Shown here piece after piece: positions 35,245 to 46,221 of a stretch of DNA of 64,000 nt. Under the pieces are notes generated by a model. The model saw only the letters and a program-made list of their open reading frames with translations, had not been told where the DNA came from and searched no databases. The position numbers and the translations under genes are program-made. This stretch comes from a virus: positions 1-64,000 of IMG/VR virus record IMGVR_UViG_3300026488_000012; one strand, given 5' to 3'. Numbering within the stretch: the stretch's first letter is position 1; each line of letters opens with the position of its first letter.

Positions 35245-38200
35245 ATGAATACTTTGTTACTGAGAGATATAGTTAAGTTTAGTAAATACTTAACTAATTA
35301 TAAAGCTACCTATTTATTAAAACCAAGAGTTTTTGCTAAAACTGATTTCGTTTATCCTTGGTATAGTATATTAATCTATGACAGAGACAGAGATAATATC
35401 ATACCTAGCCCAAAGATACCTATTTTACACAACGTGGATGATTCTATTGTATTTAATATGTTAGACCTGATAGATGATAGTATTATATTTGGGGATGAAT
35501 GTAAATTAATAACAACTAATCCAACCGCCATAATTAAAAAGCATATGAAAAAGACTGATACTCCATATACCATATACATACCAGGAAAACCTGTAAGATG
35601 GAAAGAACATCTGGCAAGGAAATACCCTCTTATAGTAAGCTATAACCTATTTACAGAAGCACATAGGTGTAAAGAGTTATTAGTATCGGAAATGAAGAAA
35701 ACAATAGACAAATTTTATACTAAGATTAATCTACTATACAAAATAGATAAAGATAAAAAGTACCTTAACAGCATAGATGATAAAACTATGGACGGTCTAT
35801 TAAAAGTTAAAAAGAATACTTATAAGAAAGGCGTCAATGCGTTCTTTATGTATTTTAAGATACCTGGTTATTTACTACCATTTCCAGTATACTTAAGATA
35901 TGCTGAAAAAGAACTCGACACAGGTCTTTTGAAATACTTAACTAGTCAGGAAAGAATGGAATTATATCTACTGTTTAAAATCATATACGAAGCAGGTAGA
36001 AATAACATATATGACATATTTAACTACATAGGTTTAGATACATTAGAGAAAACATTTCTTATATTAGAGGTTGATAACAAGATAACAATTACTCCATTGT
36101 ATTTCATACTGTCTCTTATAAAAGAACTAGAAATAGAACCATACCTAGGGATCAAAACTAATAAGTACAAACGTGAGCTTGTTCTTAAACTATTTTATAA
36201 ACATCTACTCTCTATAATAGAATCACCAACTTACACATTTACAGAAATAAGCGAAAACATAAATATAGCAGCTGGATTTGATAACGATAAAGGTATTTTA
36301 GATAAATTAATAAAAGGAGTTGAGTCTGGTGAAATAGATATAAACGAAAAAGAATTAGAAAAAGAGTTAGAGAACTTAGAAAACGAAGATATCGAGGACA
36401 TAACAGAAAACTTAGAAGAGACGCTTGATGTTGATCCAGAATCAGGAGACATATTAGAAGAATTAGAGGATGAGATATCAGATATATATAAACCAGATAG
36501 AAAAGACAGTGATTTAAATAAAGACTTATCGGATATAGAAAAAGGCATAGAGAAGATAAAACATAAAAACATTAAGAAGAAGACTAAGAAAGCAAAAGAT
36601 GAGTTAGAAAAACTCAAAAATATGACCATAGAGATAGATGATAAAAAAATCAAACTTAAAGACTTATTAAAAATAGAGAAAGATGAAGTAATACTTAAGG
36701 AAGACGAAATAACGTTACCGGATTCATCGGTTGTATTTGAAAAAGAGTATTTAAAAGACCCTATTAATAATTTCGATAAAAAGTATATTAAGAACTTATA
36801 TCATAAAGACATCCTTAGAAGTATAGTTTCACTAGCTAGAGCTGGTTTTATTCCTAAGAAGATAGAAGTAATAAAAGAACTGGAAGATAGCGTTTTAGGA
36901 GAGGCTGAAACTTATCAAATAGAATATATAGATTTGGTAGGTAAAACACATAAAGTAAAAATAAGGATACCTAAAATAAAAGAAGACGGAACATATAAAA
37001 TATCCGGTAATACATACATACTTAGAAAACAACGAAGCGATGTACCTATTAAAAAGACTAGCTGGAACAGAGTAATCTTATCATCCGGATATGGTAAAAT
37101 ATTCATAGATAAAGCACCTATGAAAAAATATGACGCTGGTTATGTATTAAGGAAAAAATTAGTTAAAATGTCTGAAGAGGGTAAAATCAAAAACTTAGTA
37201 GCTGGTTTTGGATTAACAGACTCAGTAGACTTCCCTATAGAGTATAGTTTAATAGCCAGATATAATAAATCATTTACTTATGGTAGTTATAATTTTATCT
37301 TTGATTATGACAACAGAAAATCTATCTTTATAAAACTTGGATATACAGAGGAGGAATTAGAAAAATATGAAAAAGATAATAAAATATTTGTAGGACACAA
37401 AGGAAAGACTCCTATTTTCATAGATACTAATAACCAGCTTTACGAACTACACAATAAGAAACTTAAACCACTTAATAAAACACTATTTCAATTATTGTCT
37501 ATTGAAATCAAGGACTTAAAAGTAGAATACCCTATGGTTAAGATATATAAAAAATATATACCTGTAGCTTTTCTATTGTTGTATTACTTAAATCTCAAAG
37601 GTCTTGAGAAAGCATTAGGTGTTAAGATAAAAATAAGTGATAAAGCTATGAAAGAAGAAAATATCTACAATTTAAGATTAGCGGATAAGGTTATAAATAT
37701 AAGATATACTAACGAACTACAGAGAAACATACTTCACGGGTTTGACGAATTTAAGAAAGAATTAAAAAACATACCTTTAGAAACATTGTTAGATAATACG
37801 TCTTTTATAGCGTTCTTATACGATTTAGGTTACCCTATTAACGTAATTACACAGATTAAATTACTAGGTTCGCTATTCGTAGACCCAGTAACTGCTAATA
37901 TATTAGAGGATATGAATGAACCTACTACCTTTACAGGATTATTAATAAGAGCTAGTGAAATGTTATTAAACGATAATTATCAACATCCATCATCTTTAAA
38001 AGGATATTTAATTAGAGGCTATGATAGGATACCTATGCTAATATATAAGAACTTGATATCTGGTGTTACGAATAAAACTAACGAAGATAACTTCTCAACT
38101 GGTACATTTGCAGTAGACCCGTACACTGTTTGGAAAACACTAAACGAAGATAGCGCTAGTGTATTACTAGACGATACTAATCCTGTTATATTTGTTAAAC

Positions 38201-39600
38201 AGAAGGAAGATACAACTTACCTAGGAGAAGGTGGGAGAAAGAAAGAATCTATGAGTAAAGATACCAGGGTATTTCACCCAGACGACATAGGTGTCATCAG
38301 CGAAGCAGTAAAAGATAGTGGAGATGTAGGTATTACTGCTTATTTATCAGCATCACCGTTATTAAACAGTATAAGGGGTGATAAGAAAGATAAAAAAGAT
38401 TTAAAATATGTTAATATTTTATCAACACCTGCTATGTTAATGCCTTTTACAATAAATGACGACTCAAAGCGTCTTAACTTTATTAATATACAAATGGGTC
38501 ATTTAGTACCTATAGAAGGAAGTATAGTATTTCCAGTAAGGACAGGATACGACGTAGTATTTCCTTATAAACTAAATAGGAAATTTATAGGTTATGCAGA
38601 AGAGGATGGAGTAGTAATTAACATTACTAAAACTGAAGTTACAGTTAAGTATAAATCAGGTAAGAAGGATAAGTTTCCTTTATCAGACTGGTACGCTAAA
38701 GAAGAATCGTTTTCTACTATGAGGATGGAATTAGTTCCTAATGTTAAAAAAGATGATAAGGTTAAAAAAGGTGATATAATAACGTACTGTAAACAATGGT
38801 TCGAACCAGACATGTTCGATCCTAAAAGAGTAGCATTTAAGCAAGGAGTGATAGTTAAGACTGCATTACAAGAAATCATAGAGACATTAGAAGATAGTTG
38901 CGTATTAAGTAAAAAGCTATCAGATAAGTTAAAACTAAGACCTGTTAAAACAAGAAGTATAATACTTAAAAAGACGGATAAGATAATCAATCCTATTTTA
39001 ATAGGAGAAGAAGTCGAACCTAACACACCATTATTCACAATCTTAGGTGAAGTAGAAGGTATCGAAAAAGATGAATTTACAAAAGAAGAACTTGAAGTAT
39101 TACAAAACTTTATAAGAGAAACTCCTAAAGCTAAATATAAAGGAAAAGTAACAGGTATAAAAGTATTCTATAACTGTGAAAAGAAAACAGTTAATAAAAC
39201 TATAAGAAAATTAATAGATATAGCTGAGTCTACAGTAATAGACCCTAGTGAAGGTAAGAAATTCAACGGTAGAGTAGATAGTAGTTACAGTGTAAAAGGT
39301 ATTCCGTTAGAAGAAGACCAAATAGAGATAAAATACTATATAGAAGGCGAAGATATACCTACTACAGGTGATAAGTTTGTATTCGGTAATCAGTTAAAGA
39401 CTACAGTAGGTGAAGTAATGAACTATGAAGTAAAAACAGAGAACGGTGAAGAAATTGAAGCTATATTTAGTTCTAAATCTATAATAGCTAGAATAGTAAC
39501 ATCTTCCACATATATGGGTAGATTAAGCACTATCTTAAGGAAACTAACAAAAGATGCTGTAAATATGTATTTTAACGAAACAAAGAAAGGAGATAAATGA
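35245..39600 (+). CDS. rpoB: Virion RNA polymerase beta subunit, large part (phiKZ gp178-like)
   Basis: 1451 aa; ISGNTYILRKQR, TYLGEGGR, DSGDVG, DDSKRLNF...QMGH, EDSCVLS, GDKFVFGNQLK beta-like motifs. Confidence 0.92.
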   Translation: MNTLLLRDIVKFSKYLTNYKATYLLKPRVFAKTDFVYPWYSILIYDRDRDNIIPSPKIPILHNVDDSIVFNMLDLIDDSIIFGDECKLITTNPTAIIKKHMKKTDTPYTIYIPGKPVRWKEHLARKYPLIVSYNLFTEAHRCKELLVSEMKKTIDKFYTKINLLYKIDKDKKYLNSIDDKTMDGLLKVKKNTYKKGVNAFFMYFKIPGYLLPFPVYLRYAEKELDTGLLKYLTSQERMELYLLFKIIYEAGRNNIYDIFNYIGLDTLEKTFLILEVDNKITITPLYFILSLIKELEIEPYLGIKTNKYKRELVLKLFYKHLLSIIESPTYTFTEISENINIAAGFDNDKGILDKLIKGVESGEIDINEKELEKELENLENEDIEDITENLEETLDVDPESGDILEELEDEISDIYKPDRKDSDLNKDLSDIEKGIEKIKHKNIKKKTKKAKDELEKLKNMTIEIDDKKIKLKDLLKIEKDEVILKEDEITLPDSSVVFEKEYLKDPINNFDKKYIKNLYHKDILRSIVSLARAGFIPKKIEVIKELEDSVLGEAETYQIEYIDLVGKTHKVKIRIPKIKEDGTYKISGNTYILRKQRSDVPIKKTSWNRVILSSGYGKIFIDKAPMKKYDAGYVLRKKLVKMSEEGKIKNLVAGFGLTDSVDFPIEYSLIARYNKSFTYGSYNFIFDYDNRKSIFIKLGYTEEELEKYEKDNKIFVGHKGKTPIFIDTNNQLYELHNKKLKPLNKTLFQLLSIEIKDLKVEYPMVKIYKKYIPVAFLLLYYLNLKGLEKALGVKIKISDKAMKEENIYNLRLADKVINIRYTNELQRNILHGFDEFKKELKNIPLETLLDNTSFIAFLYDLGYPINVITQIKLLGSLFVDPVTANILEDMNEPTTFTGLLIRASEMLLNDNYQHPSSLKGYLIRGYDRIPMLIYKNLISGVTNKTNEDNFSTGTFAVDPYTVWKTLNEDSASVLLDDTNPVIFVKQKEDTTYLGEGGRKKESMSKDTRVFHPDDIGVISEAVKDSGDVGITAYLSASPLLNSIRGDKKDKKDLKYVNILSTPAMLMPFTINDDSKRLNFINIQMGHLVPIEGSIVFPVRTGYDVVFPYKLNRKFIGYAEEDGVVINITKTEVTVKYKSGKKDKFPLSDWYAKEESFSTMRMELVPNVKKDDKVKKGDIITYCKQWFEPDMFDPKRVAFKQGVIVKTALQEIIETLEDSCVLSKKLSDKLKLRPVKTRSIILKKTDKIINPILIGEEVEPNTPLFTILGEVEGIEKDEFTKEELEVLQNFIRETPKAKYKGKVTGIKVFYNCEKKTVNKTIRKLIDIAESTVIDPSEGKKFNGRVDSSYSVKGIPLEEDQIEIKYYIEGEDIPTTGDKFVFGNQLKTTVGEVMNYEVKTENGEEIEAIFSSKSIIARIVTSSTYMGRLSTILRKLTKDAVNMYFNETKKGDK

Positions 39601-39857
39601 TGTATAGTATGTTAGATTTATATGGAGTAACTCTAGAAGAATATCTTAAAAGACAGGATATTCTTCCTCTGCATTTGTATAAGAAAACATTAAAAGACAT
39701 TGAGTTGTTAGAAAGTAATAAAAGAAAGCTTGTAGAAGAAAATAAACATATAGAAAAGACTGACCTTATAGTAGAAATAAACAAGAGGATTGAAATAAAA
39801 AGAAAAAAATTAGGCGATATTAAGAGAATACTTAGGAAAAACGGTGTGAATATATGA
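39597..39857 (+). CDS. Small coiled-coil hypothetical protein
   Basis: 86 aa, ATGA overlap with RNAP beta, SD aaggag. Confidence 0.65.
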   Translation: MMYSMLDLYGVTLEEYLKRQDILPLHLYKKTLKDIELLESNKRKLVEENKHIEKTDLIVEINKRIEIKRKKLGDIKRILRKNGVNI

Positions 39858-39898
39858 TAACGGTTAACTTGATGAAATCTTAATATAAAGGATTAAGT

Positions 39899-41530
39899 AT
39901 GGGAGAAGTGTTGAATATAGTAAATATTAACCCTATTAAGAATGCATATAGAGAGAGAAACATTCTCTATAAAAGGTATATTTCAGACATAGTTGAAAGA
40001 TCGTTGAAAAAATCTATCCACGATGATAGATTTAAACATTTGATAACCAGTAATATAGATGTAACTAAATTAGAATCTATGTATTTAGTAACAGCAGAAG
40101 CTATAGTAAATGATAAATTCAGAAGGATAGATGACGACATTAAGAGAGAGTATGGTAATGAAGCACTATATACTATAGAGCCAGTAGACCCTGAATTAAT
40201 ATCCACTGACATAGAAGCTTTAGAGAGAGTTTACTTTAAAGATAGACGCGGTATTAAATTTGATTTAGCAACACTTGTTAAGAAAGAGTTAACAGAACTG
40301 ATAACAGATGTTACGCTTGACCTATTAGAGACTGTTAAGAATAAAGCTAAAAACTTCACAAATGAGTTCTCTAAAAATGTAAGAGAACTTGTATCTAATA
40401 TAGACAATAACGGAAATATAGAAATTAAGACAACCATAATGGGTATATTACAGATAGACGAAGATATCTTAGAGTATGGAGTAGTTAGCAAACGTTATTC
40501 TAATAACTATACATATGATTTTAGTAGGGAAGTTAAAAATATGGACACTACTATATTTAAAGATTTAGATATGTCATATTTTAATCCTGAAAATATAGAT
40601 ATTAATAAATTCGATTTAAACATCGATTCGACAGTTAAAGAGTACTTATCAGATTTAGAGGTTGATGTAATAGAAGATTTTATAGAAGATGTATCATCGT
40701 ACGGGTATACAGACATATATTCGTTAATAAATGAATTAGCTTCACTTGGTGTTATTAAGAAGTTAGAACCTTTAAGATTATTATGGATTTATTTAATACA
40801 AAAAGTTGACGAAGACCCTAGAATAAACTCGGTATTAGGTTTAATAGAATCATACATTAACAGAACAGTAAGCGCTATTAGAAATAATAAAGAACTTTTA
40901 GCTATCAGAAGTAACGAAATTATAAGAGTAGGTAGTATAAGAACGGAACTACCTGCTGAGATTATATTAATAGATAAATCATTAGCTAAGATTACGGAAA
41001 AATATCCAAACGCAATTAAAGCTATCATAGGGGAATTTATAAAGACAGAAGTACATGCGTTAAATATTTCGGATTTAAGCGATGACGAAATAAAAACAAA
41101 TATCTCTTATTACGAAAAATATATGACGTCTTTACGCTATAAAGATTTAGTTAAAAAAGTTAGTGAGTTAAGAGATGCATATATTTTAGGATTGACTAAA
41201 CTTATGAGATCGTTTAATGATTATTTCGGTGATTTAACAGAGAAGTATGGTGAAAATATTTACATTATTAAAAACAACCTATTAGATATTGTTACAGAAT
41301 ACGTAAATGGATTATCTATAGACGAACTACTTAACGTTGAAGAAACTACGTATAAGATAGTTAAAGAGTTTATTTTACCAGATATATTAGCAACAATAGA
41401 ATCTTTTATGAAAGCAGGTGAAGAGAGATTTAAAGATGACGATGATATTCTAATTTTTACATACTTGAACACACTTGTAGAGATAGTATTTAGTTTATTT
41501 ACATTTAGAGTATTGAACAAGATAGACTAA
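39899..41530 (+). CDS. Putative virion structural protein
   Basis: 543 aa, helical and acidic, within the late structural region; no specific family recognised. Confidence 0.55.
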   Translation: MGEVLNIVNINPIKNAYRERNILYKRYISDIVERSLKKSIHDDRFKHLITSNIDVTKLESMYLVTAEAIVNDKFRRIDDDIKREYGNEALYTIEPVDPELISTDIEALERVYFKDRRGIKFDLATLVKKELTELITDVTLDLLETVKNKAKNFTNEFSKNVRELVSNIDNNGNIEIKTTIMGILQIDEDILEYGVVSKRYSNNYTYDFSREVKNMDTTIFKDLDMSYFNPENIDINKFDLNIDSTVKEYLSDLEVDVIEDFIEDVSSYGYTDIYSLINELASLGVIKKLEPLRLLWIYLIQKVDEDPRINSVLGLIESYINRTVSAIRNNKELLAIRSNEIIRVGSIRTELPAEIILIDKSLAKITEKYPNAIKAIIGEFIKTEVHALNISDLSDDEIKTNISYYEKYMTSLRYKDLVKKVSELRDAYILGLTKLMRSFNDYFGDLTEKYGENIYIIKNNLLDIVTEYVNGLSIDELLNVEETTYKIVKEFILPDILATIESFMKAGEERFKDDDDILIFTYLNTLVEIVFSLFTFRVLNKID

Positions 41531-41556
41531 GATGGTAGGGAATTTCCCTACCATCT
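41530..41556 (+). terminator. Intrinsic terminator
   Basis: agatggtaggg/ccctaccatct followed by T-run. Confidence 0.75.
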
Positions 41557-41591
41557 CTCTTTTTTTATGAACTAACATCTAAGGAGTTTAT

Positions 41592-42320
41592 ATGGAAACA
41601 TTAGATATAACTAAGTTAAAACGTGATCCAAATTACATAAAAAGTAATCTGATTATGAAAGATGAGTTTACATTAACTAAAAAGGATACATATATAGTCT
41701 TTCCTGAAAAATATGAAAAGAAAGACCTCGCAGAGCTTGGTAACGTTTGTTTAGTAACCGGTGTATTTGCCATCGTAATGGGTGATAGATACGGAGTTAT
41801 GACGATTCCCAACCACATAGAAATAACACCTGTGGAAATAGAGCAAGTTGACATAAATGGAGATGTTTACTATAGGTTATTTATAGAAGCTAATACTGAT
41901 ATATTCAGTAATAACAACATAGTAAAAAAGAGTGACAGAGTATATAATCTGTTAGACCTATTTTTAATGCAAGGTAAAGTTCCTTGGTATATAGAATATG
42001 AAGATTTAGTAAAAGTATTTACTAACGTTGGTAAATATACAGGATTAACAGCTACTGATAAACTATTACCTGTGGAAACTATTATATCTATTATTTCTAA
42101 ATATAAAAAAGACTTAACTAAAGACTATAGACTTGTCATCAATAAACCACAAGATTTAAAAACTAAGCCTGTTGAATACGTAGGGTTAATGGACGTGTAT
42201 TATACGTATAAATCAACTGTTAGTAAACTTCTTGGTAACTTCTTTAAGAAAGCAATAGACAGTACCATACTGTATCCTGAAAAAGAGGTAACCGATATAG
42301 AGAACGTCTTAAGGGAGTAA
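41592..42320 (+). CDS. phiKZ-like virion structural protein
   Basis: 242 aa; KLKRDP...IVFPEKY...GVFAIV...IP...EITP pattern conserved in phiKZ-like phages (recall). Confidence 0.6.
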   Translation: METLDITKLKRDPNYIKSNLIMKDEFTLTKKDTYIVFPEKYEKKDLAELGNVCLVTGVFAIVMGDRYGVMTIPNHIEITPVEIEQVDINGDVYYRLFIEANTDIFSNNNIVKKSDRVYNLLDLFLMQGKVPWYIEYEDLVKVFTNVGKYTGLTATDKLLPVETIISIISKYKKDLTKDYRLVINKPQDLKTKPVEYVGLMDVYYTYKSTVSKLLGNFFKKAIDSTILYPEKEVTDIENVLRE

Positions 42321-42332
42321 ATCCCTTAAGAC
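42306..42332 (+). terminator. Terminator hairpin
   Basis: gtcttaaggga/tcccttaagac. Confidence 0.65.
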
Positions 42333-42377
42333 TATATTTTTGATTTTGATGAACTTAATATAACAAGGAGCTTAAAG

Positions 42378-44468
42378 ATGAATAACGATATAAATTTTTA
42401 TGGCAATATAGAACTATACATAGATGATAGAGATGTATATAAGGTTAGAAAAGATGATTTAACAGTATTGGATACTGAATGGATTTCAGATATATTTATG
42501 ATTAAACCGGAACAGTTGGACGAAGTAGTAAAAGACGCAAGATTCTGGACTACTGCCGAGATGAAAGTGACGGATACTAGTTTAGGTGGTAATACCAGTA
42601 TAAATAACTTACCACAATTTACAAGGTATACTGATCCCAGAGTAAAAGGATTAAGAAAAGATAGAGCCGACGTTAAAGTAAACCATGTAACTGGTAATAT
42701 AGGTATGGGTAGGTATTACTCTGAGAAAATAGATGATAACTATATACGCTGCTTTATGGAATTCGGTGTTCCTGAGTTTAACGGAGTGTTTAGTTTCCTA
42801 ACATCAGCTGTGGATTACAAAGAAGCAGTTATAGCTAATAGTGCTAGATCACCAGTTCCTTATATGGTTGGACACTTAGCTGGTAGTATAGCTATGTTTG
42901 CAGCGTTCCCTATAGCCAGTACTCTTATCTGGTTAGGTAGTTACGCTAAAGATTTATTAATAGGTCCAGGTAACTTCGATTTCTACTATATGAAACCAGC
43001 TATGTTTAAATACTGGTCCGTAGTTAACAGTTTAGTAATAATGATGGCTACTGAATTAGGTATATTAGTTCCGTACTTCGAATCAAATACTAATGACAAT
43101 ATTATAGGTACTCCTGTAAAATTTGATAAAGATGACTTAAACTTTCTAAAACAGTATATGCCTAACTTAATTACAGATGAGAATAATATAGATATTATGG
43201 CTGTTGTTACAAAAACACAAAGAGCTATAAATCAGTACTTGGACAAATCATATACAGAGATTCTGCAAGAGAATAGTTTAGGAAGCTTACACGAGTTAAT
43301 AGAGAAGTCAAGGAACATAGATATACCTACTCCAACTACAGAAACATCATTTTGGAAAAAAATGAAAGACCTTTTAACTGGTTCTTATTTTTACGATTCA
43401 AACTCCAGCAATAATAATAACGAAAATAAACCTGAAACTAGTAAGGATAAAACTCCTAAGAAAATATCTGCTAATGACGACGGTACTTATAATAAAGGAG
43501 ATTTACATTTTAAACAAAATGAGCAAGGACCTGCTAGTAATTTTTTTGAAATCGCAAAAGCTACAGCTTACGAAGGAGCTCAGTATGCTGTCTTTAATGT
43601 TGAATATCTAGGAAGTAGTACTACTTCATTTAGCAATCAGACAGGTGAGCTAGAACTAGAAGGTATATTAAAAGGAGTAGGTAGTAAAGCAAGAAGTGTT
43701 AAGTTTAATTTAGGAGGAGGAGAGATTATACCTGGATTACAAACAATGCTTAATGCAGCTAAGGATACTGCGGTAGGATTACTAGACGGTGCTACATTTA
43801 ACGTAACAGGTAAAATACTTACATTATTACTGGGAGATGGTAACGTAAGTCTACCGTTAAGATGGATGGATAGTAGTATAAGTCTACCATCACATACATT
43901 CAAGATGAAATTAGTATCTCCATATGGAAACCCTATATCACAATTGATAAATATCTATATACCGTTAGCATCTATAATGGCTGGGGCATTACCATTAGCT
44001 ACAGGTAGAAGGTCATACACATCACCATTCTTATGTAGTATGTTTATAAGAGGATACCAGAGTATAAAATTAGGTATGATTACGTCTTTAAACATAACTA
44101 AAGGGACTACCAACTTAGCTTTTAATAAATCTAGAAAACCATTAGGAGTGGAAGTAGAATTTAGCGTAACCGACTTTAGTCAAGTTGTAGCTCTACCTGT
44201 TGGACATGATTTAGTTTCATCTTCTAATATAATAATGGATGATGAAAGTCCTCTTAATAGATTTATACAAAGTCTTTGTGGTAGAGATTTATATACCACT
44301 ACATATCTCTTCCCTAAGGCTAAACTAAGAATAAGTAGAGAGATACAAGAATCTAGTATGGTAACTAAACCATCCTACTGGGGTATGAGGATAGGAGAGA
44401 TATTTAGGCCGCTATCAACTCTTATTCCAGGTGCTACTAGATATGAAAATTATTCTGAAGCATACTAG
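42378..44468 (+). CDS. Virion tail/baseplate structural protein (phiKZ gp182-like)
   Basis: 696 aa; TDTSLGGN..IN..PQFTRY.D, GMGRYYSE.IDDN, FGVPEFN, SPYGNP, PFLC motifs. Confidence 0.65.
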   Translation: MNNDINFYGNIELYIDDRDVYKVRKDDLTVLDTEWISDIFMIKPEQLDEVVKDARFWTTAEMKVTDTSLGGNTSINNLPQFTRYTDPRVKGLRKDRADVKVNHVTGNIGMGRYYSEKIDDNYIRCFMEFGVPEFNGVFSFLTSAVDYKEAVIANSARSPVPYMVGHLAGSIAMFAAFPIASTLIWLGSYAKDLLIGPGNFDFYYMKPAMFKYWSVVNSLVIMMATELGILVPYFESNTNDNIIGTPVKFDKDDLNFLKQYMPNLITDENNIDIMAVVTKTQRAINQYLDKSYTEILQENSLGSLHELIEKSRNIDIPTPTTETSFWKKMKDLLTGSYFYDSNSSNNNNENKPETSKDKTPKKISANDDGTYNKGDLHFKQNEQGPASNFFEIAKATAYEGAQYAVFNVEYLGSSTTSFSNQTGELELEGILKGVGSKARSVKFNLGGGEIIPGLQTMLNAAKDTAVGLLDGATFNVTGKILTLLLGDGNVSLPLRWMDSSISLPSHTFKMKLVSPYGNPISQLINIYIPLASIMAGALPLATGRRSYTSPFLCSMFIRGYQSIKLGMITSLNITKGTTNLAFNKSRKPLGVEVEFSVTDFSQVVALPVGHDLVSSSNIIMDDESPLNRFIQSLCGRDLYTTTYLFPKAKLRISREIQESSMVTKPSYWGMRIGEIFRPLSTLIPGATRYENYSEAY

Positions 44469-44489
44469 GAGTATTCACTCCTAGTATGC
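44460..44489. terminator. Bidirectional terminator hairpin
   Basis: gcatactaggagt/actcctagtatgc. Confidence 0.75.
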
Positions 44490-45553
44490 TATATTACATA
44501 ATTTAATACGGTTTCATCGATATCGTCATCTGTATCTGTTTCCATATTTACTATATCCAATAAATCAGACTCATTAACATTAACATTTAAATAATCAATC
44601 CTACTATCAGATTCACTATGTGAATTAATAACAGCTGATACTATAGCAGAGTTAATTATATCTTCTTTTAACTTATTAGATTCAGCATAGGAGTAACTGT
44701 TATTACCGGGTATATTTATGTCTTTAAGTTTATCTATTATTTCACTACCGCCTATATTAACAGCATCGGAACCTAGAGTAGTAATCTTAGATTTATTTAA
44801 GCTTTTAGTATTATCTACTGCGTTCTGGATTAAAGCTATTTTAGCATCAGACCCATTTAAAATATTGTCTAACTCTATTGCTGATTTAGCTAATGAATGT
44901 AAGGTGTCACTATCTATAGTCCCTTTAGTAACGACATTTTTAACTATTAAATCAGCAGTATGTTTTCCAACACCTAAGTCTCTTAAACCACCTTTTAACG
45001 TATCCCTTAATAAACCTACCATAGCTTTATCATCTATACTACAGCTGATAGCGATTATAGCCGTACTTATTAATGCTAAATTAATACTATCTCTTACAGA
45101 ACCAGCAAAACTAGCGTCTGCCCCGGAACATAGTCGTTCAACTACTTTATCTATACCTGCTTTAACATCAGGTGGAACCATTTTAGCTATTTCAGAAGCA
45201 GCTAGTTTTTTTATGGTATCTATATTTGAAAATTTCTCGTATACACTTTTAGAAGTATTTACAAGGTCTTTAATGTTATTAATCTCTGTATTAGCTTTCT
45301 TAGCGTTTTTTACAAAGTCTTCAAGCTTCTTTAATACACTATCGCTCTCTGTATCATTCTCTAAGATATTCTTATTATTTGTTTTATTTTTAACACTCTT
45401 AGTTTCATTTTCTGTTAAGTCTGATAAAGGAGCTTTTTGTAAACCATTAAAGTTTGTTTTTTTATTATCCAAATTTTTATTAGTATGTTTAAGTTTATCA
45501 GCTATGTTACCAACAGATGGATAATCATAGACTCCCACGTTACTAAGCGCCAT
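44489..45553 (-). CDS. Hypothetical (possibly virion) protein; start reassigned to ATG 45553
   Basis: SD aaagga precedes MALSNVGVY, not the upstream in-frame Met at 45577. Confidence 0.65.
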   Translation of the reverse strand: MALSNVGVYDYPSVGNIADKLKHTNKNLDNKKTNFNGLQKAPLSDLTENETKSVKNKTNNKNILENDTESDSVLKKLEDFVKNAKKANTEINNIKDLVNTSKSVYEKFSNIDTIKKLAASEIAKMVPPDVKAGIDKVVERLCSGADASFAGSVRDSINLALISTAIIAISCSIDDKAMVGLLRDTLKGGLRDLGVGKHTADLIVKNVVTKGTIDSDTLHSLAKSAIELDNILNGSDAKIALIQNAVDNTKSLNKSKITTLGSDAVNIGGSEIIDKLKDINIPGNNSYSYAESNKLKEDIINSAIVSAVINSHSESDSRIDYLNVNVNESDLLDIVNMETDTDDDIDETVLNYVI

Positions 45554-45660
45554 TGTATATCCTTTATTAAAAATCATATCACGTAATTCCTAGATAAGTC
45601 AAATATACAGTAATACAGATAATTAGTAAAAAAAAATTGATTTCCAAGGGTTTTCTTATG

Positions 45661-45678
45661 TATCTTATTAATTTGCAA
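45661..45678 (+). promoter_or_regulatory. Putative early promoter (18-nt motif variant)
   Basis: TATCTTATTAATTTGCAA upstream of SD aaaggag. Confidence 0.65.
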
Positions 45679-45705
45679 AACCAAAACAAATCTAAAGGAG
45701 TCAAC

Positions 45706-46167
45706 ATGGAAAACAAAATTATGGACATATTAAGTAGTGTAGAGTTTGAAGTAATTAAAGAGGACAATGTTGCTACTATCAAACCTAAAAATGAAGAGCT
45801 ATATTTCGAGGCCGCTAAAGCCTACGATGAAAGCTTAACTAAGAAGACACTGAAAACGGTTCAAAAATTTGAGGATGAGCTGTTAAAAGCCGGGTTAGAA
45901 ACAGCAGCTAGTAAAGCTAAAGAACTATTTAAAGAAGACGAGAACATTAAGGATTTCGTAATGGAAATGCCTTTCGGTGTGAACAAAACCGATACAGTAC
46001 ATTACGAAATCGAGAGAATGAGAGAATTTAAAGTACCAGGAGAAGATAGGGTTGTTAAAAAGACCTACATTAAAGCACCTATGATTAAGAAGACAGGTTG
46101 TAAAGTAAGCAAAACGATGATTAAGTCTTTAGAAGAGGATTTAACTACAGCATTAGGAATTAAATAA
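45706..46167 (+). CDS. Conserved phiKZ-like early hypothetical protein (153 aa; start reassigned)
   Basis: SD aaaggag before ATG 45706; LTKKTLKTVQ...EMPFG...EIER pattern resembles a common small phiKZ-like protein (recall). Confidence 0.7.
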   Translation: MENKIMDILSSVEFEVIKEDNVATIKPKNEELYFEAAKAYDESLTKKTLKTVQKFEDELLKAGLETAASKAKELFKEDENIKDFVMEMPFGVNKTDTVHYEIERMREFKVPGEDRVVKKTYIKAPMIKKTGCKVSKTMIKSLEEDLTTALGIK

Positions 46168-46195
46168 CAGATACGGGATAATCCCGTATCTGTTA
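46165..46195. terminator. Bidirectional terminator hairpin
   Basis: taacagatacgggat/atcccgtatctgtta followed by T-run. Confidence 0.8.
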
Positions 46196-46221
46196 TATTT
46201 TTTTTTTTATTTAGTCATTTT

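Noticed and set aside
44718-45524. 268-aa + strand ORF
   Set aside because: Entirely antisense to 44489-45553, L/S-rich composition typical of shadow ORFs, no SD.
45637-45705. Upstream start for the 176-aa ORF
   Set aside because: It overlaps the promoter motif, and the SD supports ATG 45706.
45880-45905. AGLE motif in the 153-aa protein as a maturation site
   Set aside because: The gene has an early promoter, the motif is mid-helix, and nothing indicates the protein is packaged.
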